Below are positions 32,514 to 43,393 of a stretch of 64,000 nt of DNA, one piece after another. A model generated the notes under the pieces. That model was given only the letters and a program-made list of their open reading frames with translations, was not told the DNA's origin and searched no databases. The translations under genes and the position numbers were made by a program. Source of the stretch: an uncultured Nitrososphaeraceae archaeon (GTDB lineage: Archaea; Thermoproteota; Nitrososphaeria; Nitrososphaerales; Nitrososphaeraceae); NCBI GenBank assembly GCA_963729045.1, contig CAVSMN010000012.1, positions 128,001-192,000 of the forward strand, written 5' to 3'. Each line of letters opens with the position of its first letter. The stretch's first letter is position 1.

Positions 32514-33386
32514 ATGGTAAAATTAGATATCCTTTTTGATAAATTAAGATTTGAAGAAAAGGCTCTCTATAATACTGCGATTAAAAAAGGAATCGACGTA
32601 AGGTTAGTCGATTCAAGAAATATCATTATTGATACGGATGATTTGGATTCAAATGAATTTGAATTTGGAGATATATTGCTGCAACGTAGCATAAGCCACT
32701 TTCGGGGACAATTTCTTACCTATTGCTTAGAGTTGTGTGGTTATAATGTGATTAATAGTTCAAGAATCGGAGAGATATGTGGAAACAAATTATTGACTTC
32801 AATGATCCTCAAGAAAAACAACATCCCTACCCCTAAATCTTATTTCTCATTTAATTCTGATTCTGCCTTTAACTTTATCAATACGATAGACCTGGAACAT
32901 AATCCATTAGTATTTAAACCAGTGATTGGGTCTTGGGGACGAGGCGTATTCCCTGTGCGGAATAAAGAAATAGGCAAGATAATTGTAGAGATGAGGCAAG
33001 AAAGTACTAGTCCATTCTCAAGTATTTTTTATTTTCAGGAACTAATTCATAGGCCACCAAGAGATATTCGTTGTATAGTAGTAGGTGAAAAATTGATTGC
33101 AGCAGTTTATAGATATTCATCTGATGATGAATGGCGTACAAACGTAGCAAAAGGCGGTAAGGCTGAATTAATTGAAGTTACCTCCGAATTAGAGGAGTTA
33201 GCTCTAAGGGCCTCAAAAGCTGTAGGGACAGGGGTTCTGGGTATAGACATGATGGAGGATCAAAAACGAGGACTGGTAGTACACGAAATAAATAATACGG
33301 TAGAGTTTAGGGGAGCCAGTCTTGCTACTGGAATTGATATTGCCGATATGATAATTGAATACGTAAAAGATTGTGCCAAGAAATAG
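32514..33386 (+). CDS. argX: LysW-glutamate ligase (ArgX-type, RimK/LysX ATP-grasp)
   Basis: GSWGRG, WRTNVAKGG, EINNTVEFRGA (ArgX-like signature); follows argG. Confidence 0.8.
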   Translation: MVKLDILFDKLRFEEKALYNTAIKKGIDVRLVDSRNIIIDTDDLDSNEFEFGDILLQRSISHFRGQFLTYCLELCGYNVINSSRIGEICGNKLLTSMILKKNNIPTPKSYFSFNSDSAFNFINTIDLEHNPLVFKPVIGSWGRGVFPVRNKEIGKIIVEMRQESTSPFSSIFYFQELIHRPPRDIRCIVVGEKLIAAVYRYSSDDEWRTNVAKGGKAELIEVTSELEELALRASKAVGTGVLGIDMMEDQKRGLVVHEINNTVEFRGASLATGIDIADMIIEYVKDCAKK

Positions 33387-33513
33387 AAAAAACTATAATC
33401 GACAAAAAATTTAAATGAGGATTATTGAACGATTTATTATTTATGAAATTCATTGTCGATAAATACTTTTTATTTGAAAGAGAGGTAAATGAATATACAT
33501 TGAGGAATTCTAA

Positions 33514-34566
33514 ATGAAAATTGGAGTTATAGGCGCTTCCGGTTTTGTGGGTGGAGAGTTGCTGCGGCTGCTAGTAACTCATCCCAAGGTGGATGTATCG
33601 ATGGTTACATCAAGACAAAGGGTAGGTGAATATGTTCATAGGATTCACCCAAGTCTAAAAAGTTTCATTAATTTAACATTTTCAGATCTTAATCTTGACA
33701 AATTGACTGACACATGTGACGTAGTTTTTGTTTCTGTTCCTCATGGTAAATCTAATAAAATCGTTAATGAACTTTTTAAGAGGGGTATTAAAATAATTGA
33801 TCTTTCTGCCGATTTTAGATTGAAAAATCCAGAGGATTATGTTAAATGGTATGGATGGGAACATCCTTATCCTGAAATGCTGTCAAATTCTGTTTATGGA
33901 GTTCCCGAATTTCATCGCGAACAAATAAAAAATGCAAAATTAGTTTCTTGTCCTGGATGTATGGCTGTTACTTCCCTTCTGGCATTAAAACCCTTAATTG
34001 AGAACAATGTGATAGATACCGACCATCTTGTAGTAGATAGTAAGATAGGTTCATCAGGTGCAGGCGGGCAGGCGAATTCTGCCACACATCATGCCATGCG
34101 ATATGGTGTTATTCGTCCTTACAAACCTGCCAAACATCGTCACACCGGAGAAATAGAACAGGAACTAAGTTTGTTGGGAGGCAAGAAAATTCATGTAAGC
34201 ATGACTCCTCATGCCGTTAATATGGTTAGGGGGATATTGACCACCAATCATGCATTTTTGACAAAAGATCTAAGTGAGTTGGAACTATGGAAAATGTATA
34301 GAAATTCTTACAACAATGAATTATTCGTGAGATTAATAAGAGACAAAAATGGAATATACAAATTTCCAGATCCAAAATTTGTAATAGCATCTAATTTTTG
34401 CGATGTGGGATTCGACTTGGACGAAGATAATAAACGAATTGTAGCAATGTCTGCTTCCGACAATTTAATGAAAGGTGCCGCAGGCTCTGCAATTCAAAAC
34501 CTTAACGTAATGTCAGGGTTTGATGAAATGACAGGACTAAAATTCACTCCAGTTACTCCAGTATGA
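33514..34566 (+). CDS. lysY: LysW-aminoadipyl/glutamyl-phosphate reductase
   Basis: GASGFVGGE, PGCM, HRHTGE, DNLMKGAAG. Confidence 0.93.
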   Translation: MKIGVIGASGFVGGELLRLLVTHPKVDVSMVTSRQRVGEYVHRIHPSLKSFINLTFSDLNLDKLTDTCDVVFVSVPHGKSNKIVNELFKRGIKIIDLSADFRLKNPEDYVKWYGWEHPYPEMLSNSVYGVPEFHREQIKNAKLVSCPGCMAVTSLLALKPLIENNVIDTDHLVVDSKIGSSGAGGQANSATHHAMRYGVIRPYKPAKHRHTGEIEQELSLLGGKKIHVSMTPHAVNMVRGILTTNHAFLTKDLSELELWKMYRNSYNNELFVRLIRDKNGIYKFPDPKFVIASNFCDVGFDLDEDNKRIVAMSASDNLMKGAAGSAIQNLNVMSGFDEMTGLKFTPVTPV

Positions 34567-35361
34567 TTGTTATCAAAATAGGGGGAAGTATAGTGGAGGG
34601 ATTAAACCCTTCAATCTTAGATGACTTTAGTGATTTGGTAAAAAAACAAAAATTTGTAATAGTTCATGGGGGAGGTAAAGATGTTACTAATATTGCAAAC
34701 AGCATGGGAAAGGAACAGAAATTCATAATGTCCCCGGCAGGGAAGCGTAGTAGATATACCGATAAAGAGACTGCAATGATATATACAATGGTAATGTCAG
34801 GAAAGATCAGTAAAAACATTACTGGGATGCTACAAAGTAAAGGTATATCGTCTGTGGGGATAACTGGCATTGACGGGGAAATGATTAAGGCGGATCGAAA
34901 AAAGAAATTGATGATACTAAATGAAAAGGGAAGAAAAATGTTAATAGAAGGAGGCTACACTGGAAAAGTTTCAGCAGTAAATCCCAAATTGATTAGTTGC
35001 TTGTTAGATAACGATTATGTGCCAATTATTTCTCCGATAGCCATTAGCGATGAGTTTGAATTTCTGAACATAGACGGCGATCGGGCAGCGGCCAACGTAG
35101 CTGGAGCCCTACAATCTGATAGTGGTAATCTTCATTACTAACGTTAATGGGCTTATGATGGATGATCATTTGATACCTAATCTTTCTCTAGAGGAGGCAA
35201 AAAACATGCTGCCCCAAATTGGACCCGGGATGGAAAAAAAAGTGCTTGCTTGCACAGAGGCTTTGTCTATGGGTGTAAAAAAAGCTATAATAGCCTCTGG
35301 TTCAGTACAAAATCCTATAATGTCTGCTCTTGAAAGCAAGAATTGTACAGTGATCTCGTGA
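34563..35361 (+). CDS. lysZ: LysW-aminoadipate/glutamate kinase, frameshift near 35120
   Basis: KIGGS, VHGGG, NIDGDRAA, then GPGMEKKV in the second frame. Confidence 0.9.
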
Positions 35362-36558
35362 TGCAAGGCGTAGAGAGTGAAGAGTCCTTTGTCGGGGATT
35401 TGTATCAAAGGTTCCCTGTTAATATCTCAAAAGGAAAAGGATGCAAAGTTTGGGATATCAATGATAAAGAATATATTGACTGTATGGGCGGATATGGGGT
35501 GGCCCTAGTAGGCCACTGCAATGATCGGGTCATTCAGGCAATAACAAGTCAGGCTCAAGATTTGATTACGTGTCATATGTCTGTTTATAATAACGTCCGT
35601 CTTAACTTTCTTAAGAAGTTCTCCAGAATAGCTCCAAAAAATCTGCAAAAAACCTTTTTCACAAATAGTGGAACCGAATCTGTAGAGGCTGCCTTAAAAT
35701 TTTCTAGAAAATACACTGGTAAACCCGGCGTTTTGGCACTTAAATGGGGGTTACCATGGAAAGACTTTTGGATCTCTATCTGTAACTTATAATGAGAAAT
35801 ATAGAAAGTCGTTTTTACCATTGTTGGACAATATGCAATTCATTCCATATTCTGAATCAAACACAATACCAGAGATTGTGACAAAGACAAATAACAAGAT
35901 AGGAACTGTAATAGTAGAGCCTATTCAAGGCGAAACAGGAATCATTATGCCCCCTTCCGATTTTCTGAGGGATATTAGGAATGTTTGCAATGAAAATGAC
36001 TTGGTACTTATTTTTGATGAAATTCAGTCTGGGTTAGGAAGAACTGGAAAAATGTGGGCGGGGCAGCATTGGGATGTTGAGCCTGATATAATGTGCTTGG
36101 CAAAAGGTATTGCAGGTGGTGTTCCGATGGGACTTACAGTCATGCGTTCTGAAATTTTAGACTGCCTAAAGGTTGGAGAACATTCCTCTACATTTGCTGG
36201 AAACCCCTTAGCCTGTGCAGCAGGTTCTGCAACTATAGATTCTCTAATTGAGGATAAGCTTGTTTCAAACTCTGAAAGAATGGGCCGGATTTTTAAATCC
36301 GGTCTATTAGAAATAAAAGAAAAATATAAAATTGTTCGTGAAGTCAGAGGACTTGGAATGATGCTAGGGGTAGAAATGAGATTTGATGTGAAAGACATTC
36401 TTCTTGATGGTATCAAAAATGGTATTCTGTTGCTTTATTCAGGTAGAAACATTTTAAGATTGCTGCCTCCAATAGTCATGAAAGAAGAAGAAGTGAACAA
36501 GTCTCTGGAATTAATTGATAAGCTAATTTACAACGAGGAGAAGAGACGATTTGGCTGA
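35361..36558 (+). CDS. lysJ: LysW-semialdehyde aminotransferase (class III PLP), frameshift near 35743
   Basis: NSGTESVE, GYHGKT in the bridging frame, FDEIQSGLGRTG, AKGIAGG. Confidence 0.92.
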
Positions 36559-36985
36559 TAATCTAAATAGCATAGATGAAAAAATAATTGGAATATTGAA
36601 AAGTGATTCACGCAGGTCGTTCGTTGAGATTGCAAATTCGATAGGAATGTCTGAATCTGCGGTTCGTCGTAGAGTAAAAAACTTGCAAGATACAGGTGTA
36701 ATCCGAAAATTTACTATCGACATGGGCCCATCCAATAAAACCAGTGCCATAACACTAATTTCCGTAAGTTCTGTAGCTGATACATCTAAGGTGTCTGACC
36801 AATTATTAAAACTCAAAGGTGTGGAGATCGTATATGAGATCACCGGTCAATATGATATAGCAACCATAATAGTAGCTCCAACTATATTGGAAATAAACTC
36901 ATATATTGATGAAATACGGAAAATTGATGGCGTATCTGATACGAATACGGTAATAATCTTAAGAACGTTGGGAAGCTTAAGCTAA
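36551..36985 (+). CDS. lysM: Lrp/AsnC-family regulator LysM
   Basis: HTH SESAVRRRV plus RAM domain YEITGQYD; located inside the lys operon. Confidence 0.85.
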   Translation: MADNLNSIDEKIIGILKSDSRRSFVEIANSIGMSESAVRRRVKNLQDTGVIRKFTIDMGPSNKTSAITLISVSSVADTSKVSDQLLKLKGVEIVYEITGQYDIATIIVAPTILEINSYIDEIRKIDGVSDTNTVIILRTLGSLS

Positions 36986-37159
36986 ATTGAACCCTCCCAA
37001 AGTTTATTGACTTTGTTATTGGCCATCTAATTCATAAGCTGAATTACGTAAAGCCTATCAGGTAGTTATTTTTAGCAAAAGCCATTATATAGTTGATTTG
37101 ATTTATTTTTTAACGAAAACATACATTATATAATCGATTATAGTAATATTATACATCGA

Positions 37160-38368
37160 ATGTCACTAAAAACAGATGACCCCAACTATTTTGCTCATCA
37201 ATATAATGATTCCGAGAAGGATAAGAAAAAAATTAGAATCCTGGACTCTACTCTTAGAGAAGGCGAACAGCATCCGGGAGTATCCTTCTCCAACAAACAG
37301 AGAATCCAGATAGCTTGGTTGTTGGATTCCTTTGGCGTAGATCAGATAGAAATTAGCCCAATAGTTTCACCTGATCATCACGAAGCAACTAAAATTATCA
37401 TGAAGCAGGGTTTAAAAGCTGATATTGTAGCGCACGTAAGAGCTATAAAATCTGATGTAGATAAGGCACTAGATTGTGATACTAATTGGGTTGCAACATA
37501 CATGGGTATTTCTGATATTCACTTAATGGCGAAGCTCCGGATATCAAGAGAAGAAGCAAAACAGAGGGCACTTGAAGTGGTAGATTATATCAAATCTCAT
37601 GGCCTAAAATCCCGCTTTACTATGGAAGACGCGAGCAGAACGGACCCCGAATTCTTATTGGAAATGTGTAAAGAAATGAATCAGAGAGGAATAGAAAGAA
37701 TTAGTATTCCAGATACTGTCGGAATCATGAGACCACGGGGAATGTATAACTTAGTTAAGATGGTATACGACAATATAGACAATTCTAAAACCTCTTTAGA
37801 TGTACATTGCCATAATGACGTAGGGTTGGCACTTTCCAATGCGTTATCGGGGTGTGACGGAGGAGCAGATCAGATTCACACAACCATAGATGGACTTGGT
37901 GAACGGACTGGAATTCCTACGTTAGCAGAAACTGCCGTTGCATTGAATTTGATCTATAAATCCAATAACAGTTTCAGACTACATCTCTTAAAGGACTTAT
38001 CTCGAACTATATCTGATTACACTAGAATTCCAATCCATGAATCAAAACCTTTGGTGGGAGATAGTGCTTATAAACATAAAGCGGGAACCCATTTAGCAGC
38101 CATCTTGAGAAATCCCTCTGCATATGAAATTATTGAACCTAAACAAGTAGGAAATCGCCGTAAAATCGTATTTGGTGAGCTGTCGGGAAAGAATGGTTCT
38201 GCCTACTTGTTGTCCCTTTTAGGTTTGGATTCTAACAAAGAAAATGCAGAGTCTTTGGCCAAGGGATTGAAAGAGTTGCGAATGGGTGATATTTTGGAAC
38301 TATTTTTAGATGAAAAATTAGAGAGAAAAATACTTAATGAGGATTATGTCAAAAACAATAAGGATTAA
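37160..38368 (+). CDS. homocitrate synthase (DRE-TIM family)
   Basis: DSTLREGEQ, HCHND, HKAGTH; located in the lys operon. Confidence 0.85.
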   Translation: MSLKTDDPNYFAHQYNDSEKDKKKIRILDSTLREGEQHPGVSFSNKQRIQIAWLLDSFGVDQIEISPIVSPDHHEATKIIMKQGLKADIVAHVRAIKSDVDKALDCDTNWVATYMGISDIHLMAKLRISREEAKQRALEVVDYIKSHGLKSRFTMEDASRTDPEFLLEMCKEMNQRGIERISIPDTVGIMRPRGMYNLVKMVYDNIDNSKTSLDVHCHNDVGLALSNALSGCDGGADQIHTTIDGLGERTGIPTLAETAVALNLIYKSNNSFRLHLLKDLSRTISDYTRIPIHESKPLVGDSAYKHKAGTHLAAILRNPSAYEIIEPKQVGNRRKIVFGELSGKNGSAYLLSLLGLDSNKENAESLAKGLKELRMGDILELFLDEKLERKILNEDYVKNNKD

Positions 38369-38372
38369 GAAA

Positions 38373-38546
38373 ATGGCAAAAGTTAATTGTAAGGAATGTG
38401 ATGCGGAAATTCCAATACCATCTGACTCAATGCAAGGTGAAATCGTTACCTGTCCTGATTGCGGGGAAAGTTTTGAATTGGTGAAATCTGGTGACGAATT
38501 TAGTATAAAGCCTGCACAAGTAGTTGGAGAAGATTGGGGACAATAA
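38373..38546 (+). CDS. lysW: LysW amino-group carrier protein with C-terminal EDWGQ
   Basis: CKEC/CPDC Zn ribbon, acidic, ends GAA GAT TGG GGA CAA TAA. Confidence 0.92.
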   Translation: MAKVNCKECDAEIPIPSDSMQGEIVTCPDCGESFELVKSGDEFSIKPAQVVGEDWGQ

Positions 38547-39415
38547 ATATAGAGGAAGATGCATCTTCTCTCTATATCCTTTTTGACAATATCCGTTGGG
38601 AAGAGAAATCTATTATTGAAAAAGCAAAAAAAACTGAAATAAACATAAAGCCTATTGATTGCAAAGACCTTGTACTTTTTCTTAATGAAGATACAAAAAT
38701 ATTTAAGGATAAAGTAATTTTACAACGATGTATAAGCTATTTTAGAAGTTTGCATTCAACAGGAGGACTGGAAGGATTAGGTGCGAGAATGATTAATTCA
38801 TTGTATACATCCTTCATGTGCGGGAATAAGTTAATTTCTCATATAGAACTTCAGAAAAATGCAATACAGACACCTAATGCAATATGTGCTTTTAATACCG
38901 AATCCTCTATTGAAGGCATCAAAAAATTTGGGTATCCAGTAGTGATAAAGCCCACTGTAGGAAGTTGGGGGCGACTAATTGGACTATTAAACGATGAGGA
39001 AGCGGTAAAGGCAGTTTTGGAAGATAGAGAACATATGTTTCCTATTTATCACATTAATTATTTCGAAGAATTCATCAAAAGGCCACCCAGGGATATTCGT
39101 GCTATTGTTATTGGTGACGAAGTTGTGGCTGCGATCTACCGATATTCTGGGACTAATGAATGGAAGACTAATATGGCTTTAGGTGGTCACGCTTCCCCTT
39201 GTCCCATTACGACGGAGTTAGAAGAAATTTGTGTAAAATCATCGAAAATTTTTAAGGGAGATATAGTCGGAGTGGACCTGATGGAAAGCGAAAAATATGG
39301 ATTAGTTGTTCACGAAGTAAATAATACTACTGAATTCAAGAATACTGTGCGAGTAACCGGGGTTGATATACCCGGTTTAATTGTGGACTATATGGTTAAT
39401 ATTCATAAGAAATAA
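38534..39415 (+). CDS. lysX: LysW-aminoadipate ligase
   Basis: GSWGR, WKTNMALGG, EVNNTTEFKNT (LysX-like signature). Confidence 0.88.
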   Translation: MGTINIEEDASSLYILFDNIRWEEKSIIEKAKKTEINIKPIDCKDLVLFLNEDTKIFKDKVILQRCISYFRSLHSTGGLEGLGARMINSLYTSFMCGNKLISHIELQKNAIQTPNAICAFNTESSIEGIKKFGYPVVIKPTVGSWGRLIGLLNDEEAVKAVLEDREHMFPIYHINYFEEFIKRPPRDIRAIVIGDEVVAAIYRYSGTNEWKTNMALGGHASPCPITTELEEICVKSSKIFKGDIVGVDLMESEKYGLVVHEVNNTTEFKNTVRVTGVDIPGLIVDYMVNIHKK

Positions 39416-39426
39416 GAATCTAGAAA

Positions 39427-40576
39427 ATGGTCTCTCCAAATTTTGCCATAGAACTTATTAAAAAATACTTTAGAAATCTATACTCCCTCAAGATCAGAAT
39501 CTCAACTGGCCAATTTCTTGAAAGATATTTGTATGGATTTAGGATTTGAAACAGCAAACATTGACAGCGTTGGAAACATGGTTGCAGTTAGAGGAAACGG
39601 AGAACCGATTATTCTCCTCTGCGGTCACATGGATACCGTCCCTGGGATTGTACCCGTAAGACTAGAGGGTGATTATTTGTACGGACGAGGTGCTTCCGAT
39701 GCAAAGGCCCCATTGGTTTCAATGTTATTGGCAGCGGCAGACATTCCGAAACAAGCAGGGACAATTATTTTTGCTGGAGTAGTAGACGAAGAAGGCAATG
39801 CTACTGGAATAAAAAATCTGGTAAAAGATACTACACTAAATCCCGACTATGCTATATTTGGAGAACCAAGCGGAATAGAAAATATCACTATTTCGTATAA
39901 AGGTCGCCTTGAAATTCGCCTGATATGTGATGTTGATAATAGTGCTCACGCGAGTGCTCCTTGGTTGACATTAAACGCAATTGATGAATTATATAATGTA
40001 TGGAATGAATTGAAAAGTGTATTTCAGAAACCGGAGATCGCAAACACAAAAAATAAGGCCGATCAAATAAGTTACAGCGTTACGGAAATAAATGGCGGCA
40101 CAAGTCATAATGTTACTCCGCAAAAATGTAGAATCACTATAGATATACGTATTCCGACTAATTTATCTTGTGACAACGTATTAGAACTGATTGATAAGCG
40201 GATAAACGAGATTAAAGATTTCATTAAAGGTGTAAAGATCAAATACCGGGTAGAAGATAAAACCGAACCCTTTCAAGCAAACGTATCTTCTCCGTTAGTA
40301 CGGGCATTAGTCTTGTCCATCTTAGATCAAAGAAAAAAAAGACCGTTATTGTTAAAGAAAACTGGAACAGGCGATATGAATATCCTAGGAAATATTTTAA
40401 ATATCCCCGTCGTGACTTACGGCCCAGGAGACCCTCATTCATCTCACACAGTGGACGAAAAACTGTTTGTTCCTGACTACTTGACTGGTATAGAAATTTA
40501 CAAAGGTGCGTTATTACACATGGTGAGGCTTCACAAAAATCTTCAAGAAAAATCAAATACCGTAAATTCAGAGTGA
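39427..40576 (+). CDS. lysK: LysW-lysine/ornithine hydrolase (M20 family), frameshift near 39455
   Basis: GHMDTVPG, GRGASDAK, DEEG, YGPGD; N-terminus MVSPNFAIE from ATG 39427 in another frame. Confidence 0.9.
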
Positions 40577-40643
40577 GATACACAAGGTGTGTCATAAATT
40601 GATATAAATTAGAATAATTACTAAGATGAATTAATATTAGAAA

Positions 40644-41753
40644 ATGTTGTATATAATTGGCATCGGTATTAATGAGTTCGAATCCTTATCCATAGGATCT
40701 ATGGAAATACTAAGAAATAGCGATAATGTGTATATAGAAAGATTTACAGGATTTATTTCAGACGAATTTGTTCAGAATCTATCTGATACTCTACAAAATA
40801 CAAGCGGATCAAAATCAAGAAACGATGTGGATATTAAGTTCATTAAGAGATGGTTTATTGAGGATGGAAGAGAGATCCTTGAAAAAGCTCAAAAATCCCA
40901 TGTTTGTATTCTCGTCTACGGTGACCCCTTAGTAGCAACTACATACAACGAGCTACTTGTGAGGGCAAAAAAACTATCCATAGATTTTAAAATTGTTCAT
41001 TCTTCTTCTGGGATCCTGTCATTAATGGGAGAATCCGGACTTCATCCATACAAATTTGGGAAGATGGTCACCATGATGGACGATCCAATGTCTTCAATTA
41101 CCGTTTATAACACCATCTATGAAAACATGTGCCTTGGCCTGCATACTCTGATTCTTACAGAATACAATAATGATGATGGAAAAAACAATTTTCAATCAAG
41201 TTCTGATCCATTCTTCCTGTCTCCCAGCAGAGTAATAGAACTATTACTTGAAAGAGAGAAAGAAATGAAACTAATGAATTTTTCTATGGAATCATATGCA
41301 ATGGTAGCCAGTAAAATAGGACATGAGGAATCGACTTTTAGTTCCGGAACAATAGAGTCGCTATTGAAGTTAGAATATAGTGGTGGACCAAATTCGATTA
41401 TTATCCCAGGAAGACTACATTTTACCGAGATAGATTCAATCAAATATCTTACTACTATGTTTGATGAGCCAACTGATAATACTCAGCATATTTCCCGATT
41501 GGCACACCGTATGTTAGACAAATACATCCCAAATACTAAAGTCGCCCTTGATAACATGTATCAGCTTATCAGAACAGAGTCGTCGGAGCTTTCAAAAGAT
41601 TATGCACCAGTGATTGAAAATGCAGAAAACTACTTACTCGATGCACAAGATTTTTACAACCAAGGAAAACTTGAACTAGCTATTTTAAGTGTTGGGTACG
41701 CAGAGGGGCTAATTGATTCTATCCGGTTTCAAAAAGGTATGAACCCTTGGTAG
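40644..41753 (+). CDS. dph5: diphthine synthase fused to a C-terminal DUF357-like domain
   Basis: GDPLVATT, YKFGK, LHTLILT, LHFTE; C-terminal AENYLLDA...SVGYAEGLIDS. Confidence 0.9.
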   Translation: MLYIIGIGINEFESLSIGSMEILRNSDNVYIERFTGFISDEFVQNLSDTLQNTSGSKSRNDVDIKFIKRWFIEDGREILEKAQKSHVCILVYGDPLVATTYNELLVRAKKLSIDFKIVHSSSGILSLMGESGLHPYKFGKMVTMMDDPMSSITVYNTIYENMCLGLHTLILTEYNNDDGKNNFQSSSDPFFLSPSRVIELLLEREKEMKLMNFSMESYAMVASKIGHEESTFSSGTIESLLKLEYSGGPNSIIIPGRLHFTEIDSIKYLTTMFDEPTDNTQHISRLAHRMLDKYIPNTKVALDNMYQLIRTESSELSKDYAPVIENAENYLLDAQDFYNQGKLELAILSVGYAEGLIDSIRFQKGMNPW

Positions 41754-41829
41754 GTTTTTGTATACTAATTTTTTATAGTTGATAGTTTAGAATTGTTAAT
41801 AGAATATCTTAGTTTAGATGTAGCAAGGA

Positions 41830-43335
41830 ATGTCCGAGAGCAACAGAAATTCTGCCAATGATGAGAACAATAGCATCAATAATACGGACGTCGATAGACC
41901 TAGACGGAGAAAGAGAAATACAGTGGGCCATTTGCCATGGGAGCTCCTTAAATTTGTCAAAAACGAATCATATTCGTTACTTATAAAAGGTAAACCTGGA
42001 ACTGGTAAAACTACATTCGCACTAACTTTATTAGACAATCTTAATGATGATAGTAACTACTTTTATATATCAACTCGTCTATCTTTGAAACAATTATTAT
42101 TTTATTACCCTTGGGTCGAAAAATTTTTCTCCAAGGATGAGAACAAATCTGGCTATAGGTTTGAAGATGCTCGGCTAGATGAACCTGAATCATTATTTGA
42201 AAGAATCACTAATCAATTGATGGATGTAAAATCTCCTGTCATAATTATCGATACATGGGACACTATTGCATCATTTATGGATCGAGAATCTAGACTAAAT
42301 AATGAGAGAGTTTTGCAGATTTGGAGGGAGCGGGCAGGTGCAAAATTAATCTTCCTAACCGAAACATTCGATCTTGGAATATTGGATTCAATTGTTGATG
42401 GAGTTATTACTTTAGATAACAGCATATTTGAGTCTTCTAACAACAGACAATTGACAATCAATAAGCTTAGAGGCTTACCAATTAGGTGTAGTAGTTACTA
42501 TTATTCGTTATATAATGGGGTGTTTTATACTTCCGACCTAATTAGAGATTTAAATTTGTTTTCAACTTTTGAAAAAATTAAACCCATTTATGAGAGGTCA
42601 AAACTAATTCTTGAGGGTTCAAACAAGTCAAAGTCTAGCAGACCCGGCGACTTTGATGTGAAGGAACTTTTTATAAAGAATAACTTCATTTCAATTTTTG
42701 TAGAAAATGAGATTAGTAATGAATTGTTGATATCTTTGTTATTAAAGCCGCTTTGTTTTTGGATAAACAGGACCAACCATAAAATGATGTTAAATAATTT
42801 TGGCCCCGGTTTCAGGTATTTGTGTGAGAGAATTTTGAATTATCACTTGACCCGCGATAAAGTTACCGACAAATTATTAAACCAAGAGATTGATTTTTCA
42901 AGTTCATTTGGAGTCCTTAGGGGCACATCAGAGAAGGAAGAATCTCATGAAGGTGAAAATGGCATTGATTTTGAAAAGATTAAGCATTTAAAAAGTGTAA
43001 ATTCGGGGCCAAGCACGAATCCAAAACTATACAACTTTATACCCATACAAGATGAAATGAAGATCCTGAATATTTTAAATGCATCTAATTTAATATCTCT
43101 AATAGATGATGAATCTTTCTTAAAAGTATTGCAAGATAACTTTGCCGCGAATGTGATTGTTGTCAATCACCATAAACGGAACTTAAATTTCCAATTCACG
43201 GAAAAAGGCATACACATTAAGATGAACTTGGTCGGAAAAAATATTTTGATTAGACTTATGAATGATGATATTATGTTGTTTGAAACAATAATTGACAGAT
43301 CCCGCTTGTTTGTGGAATGGCGTCCTGTTTTTTGA
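41830..43335 (+). CDS. GvpD/KaiC-like RecA-superfamily P-loop ATPase
   Basis: SLLIKGKPGTGKTTFAL, IIIDTWD, DGVITL, INKLRG; degenerate second half. Confidence 0.8.
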   Translation: MSESNRNSANDENNSINNTDVDRPRRRKRNTVGHLPWELLKFVKNESYSLLIKGKPGTGKTTFALTLLDNLNDDSNYFYISTRLSLKQLLFYYPWVEKFFSKDENKSGYRFEDARLDEPESLFERITNQLMDVKSPVIIIDTWDTIASFMDRESRLNNERVLQIWRERAGAKLIFLTETFDLGILDSIVDGVITLDNSIFESSNNRQLTINKLRGLPIRCSSYYYSLYNGVFYTSDLIRDLNLFSTFEKIKPIYERSKLILEGSNKSKSSRPGDFDVKELFIKNNFISIFVENEISNELLISLLLKPLCFWINRTNHKMMLNNFGPGFRYLCERILNYHLTRDKVTDKLLNQEIDFSSSFGVLRGTSEKEESHEGENGIDFEKIKHLKSVNSGPSTNPKLYNFIPIQDEMKILNILNASNLISLIDDESFLKVLQDNFAANVIVVNHHKRNLNFQFTEKGIHIKMNLVGKNILIRLMNDDIMLFETIIDRSRLFVEWRPVF

Positions 43336-43393
43336 TCATCTATTGTAAGCGTCCGTCAATAAATTTAATTTAATCAGGTCGTGAAATTAACAA

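Noticed and set aside
37052..37062. AGCCTATCAGG shared with the tRNA-Tyr intron
   Set aside because: An 11-nt match is expected by chance within 64 kb
41830..43335. Gas vesicle gene cluster
   Set aside because: Only a GvpD-like ATPase is present; no gvpA or other structural gvp genes
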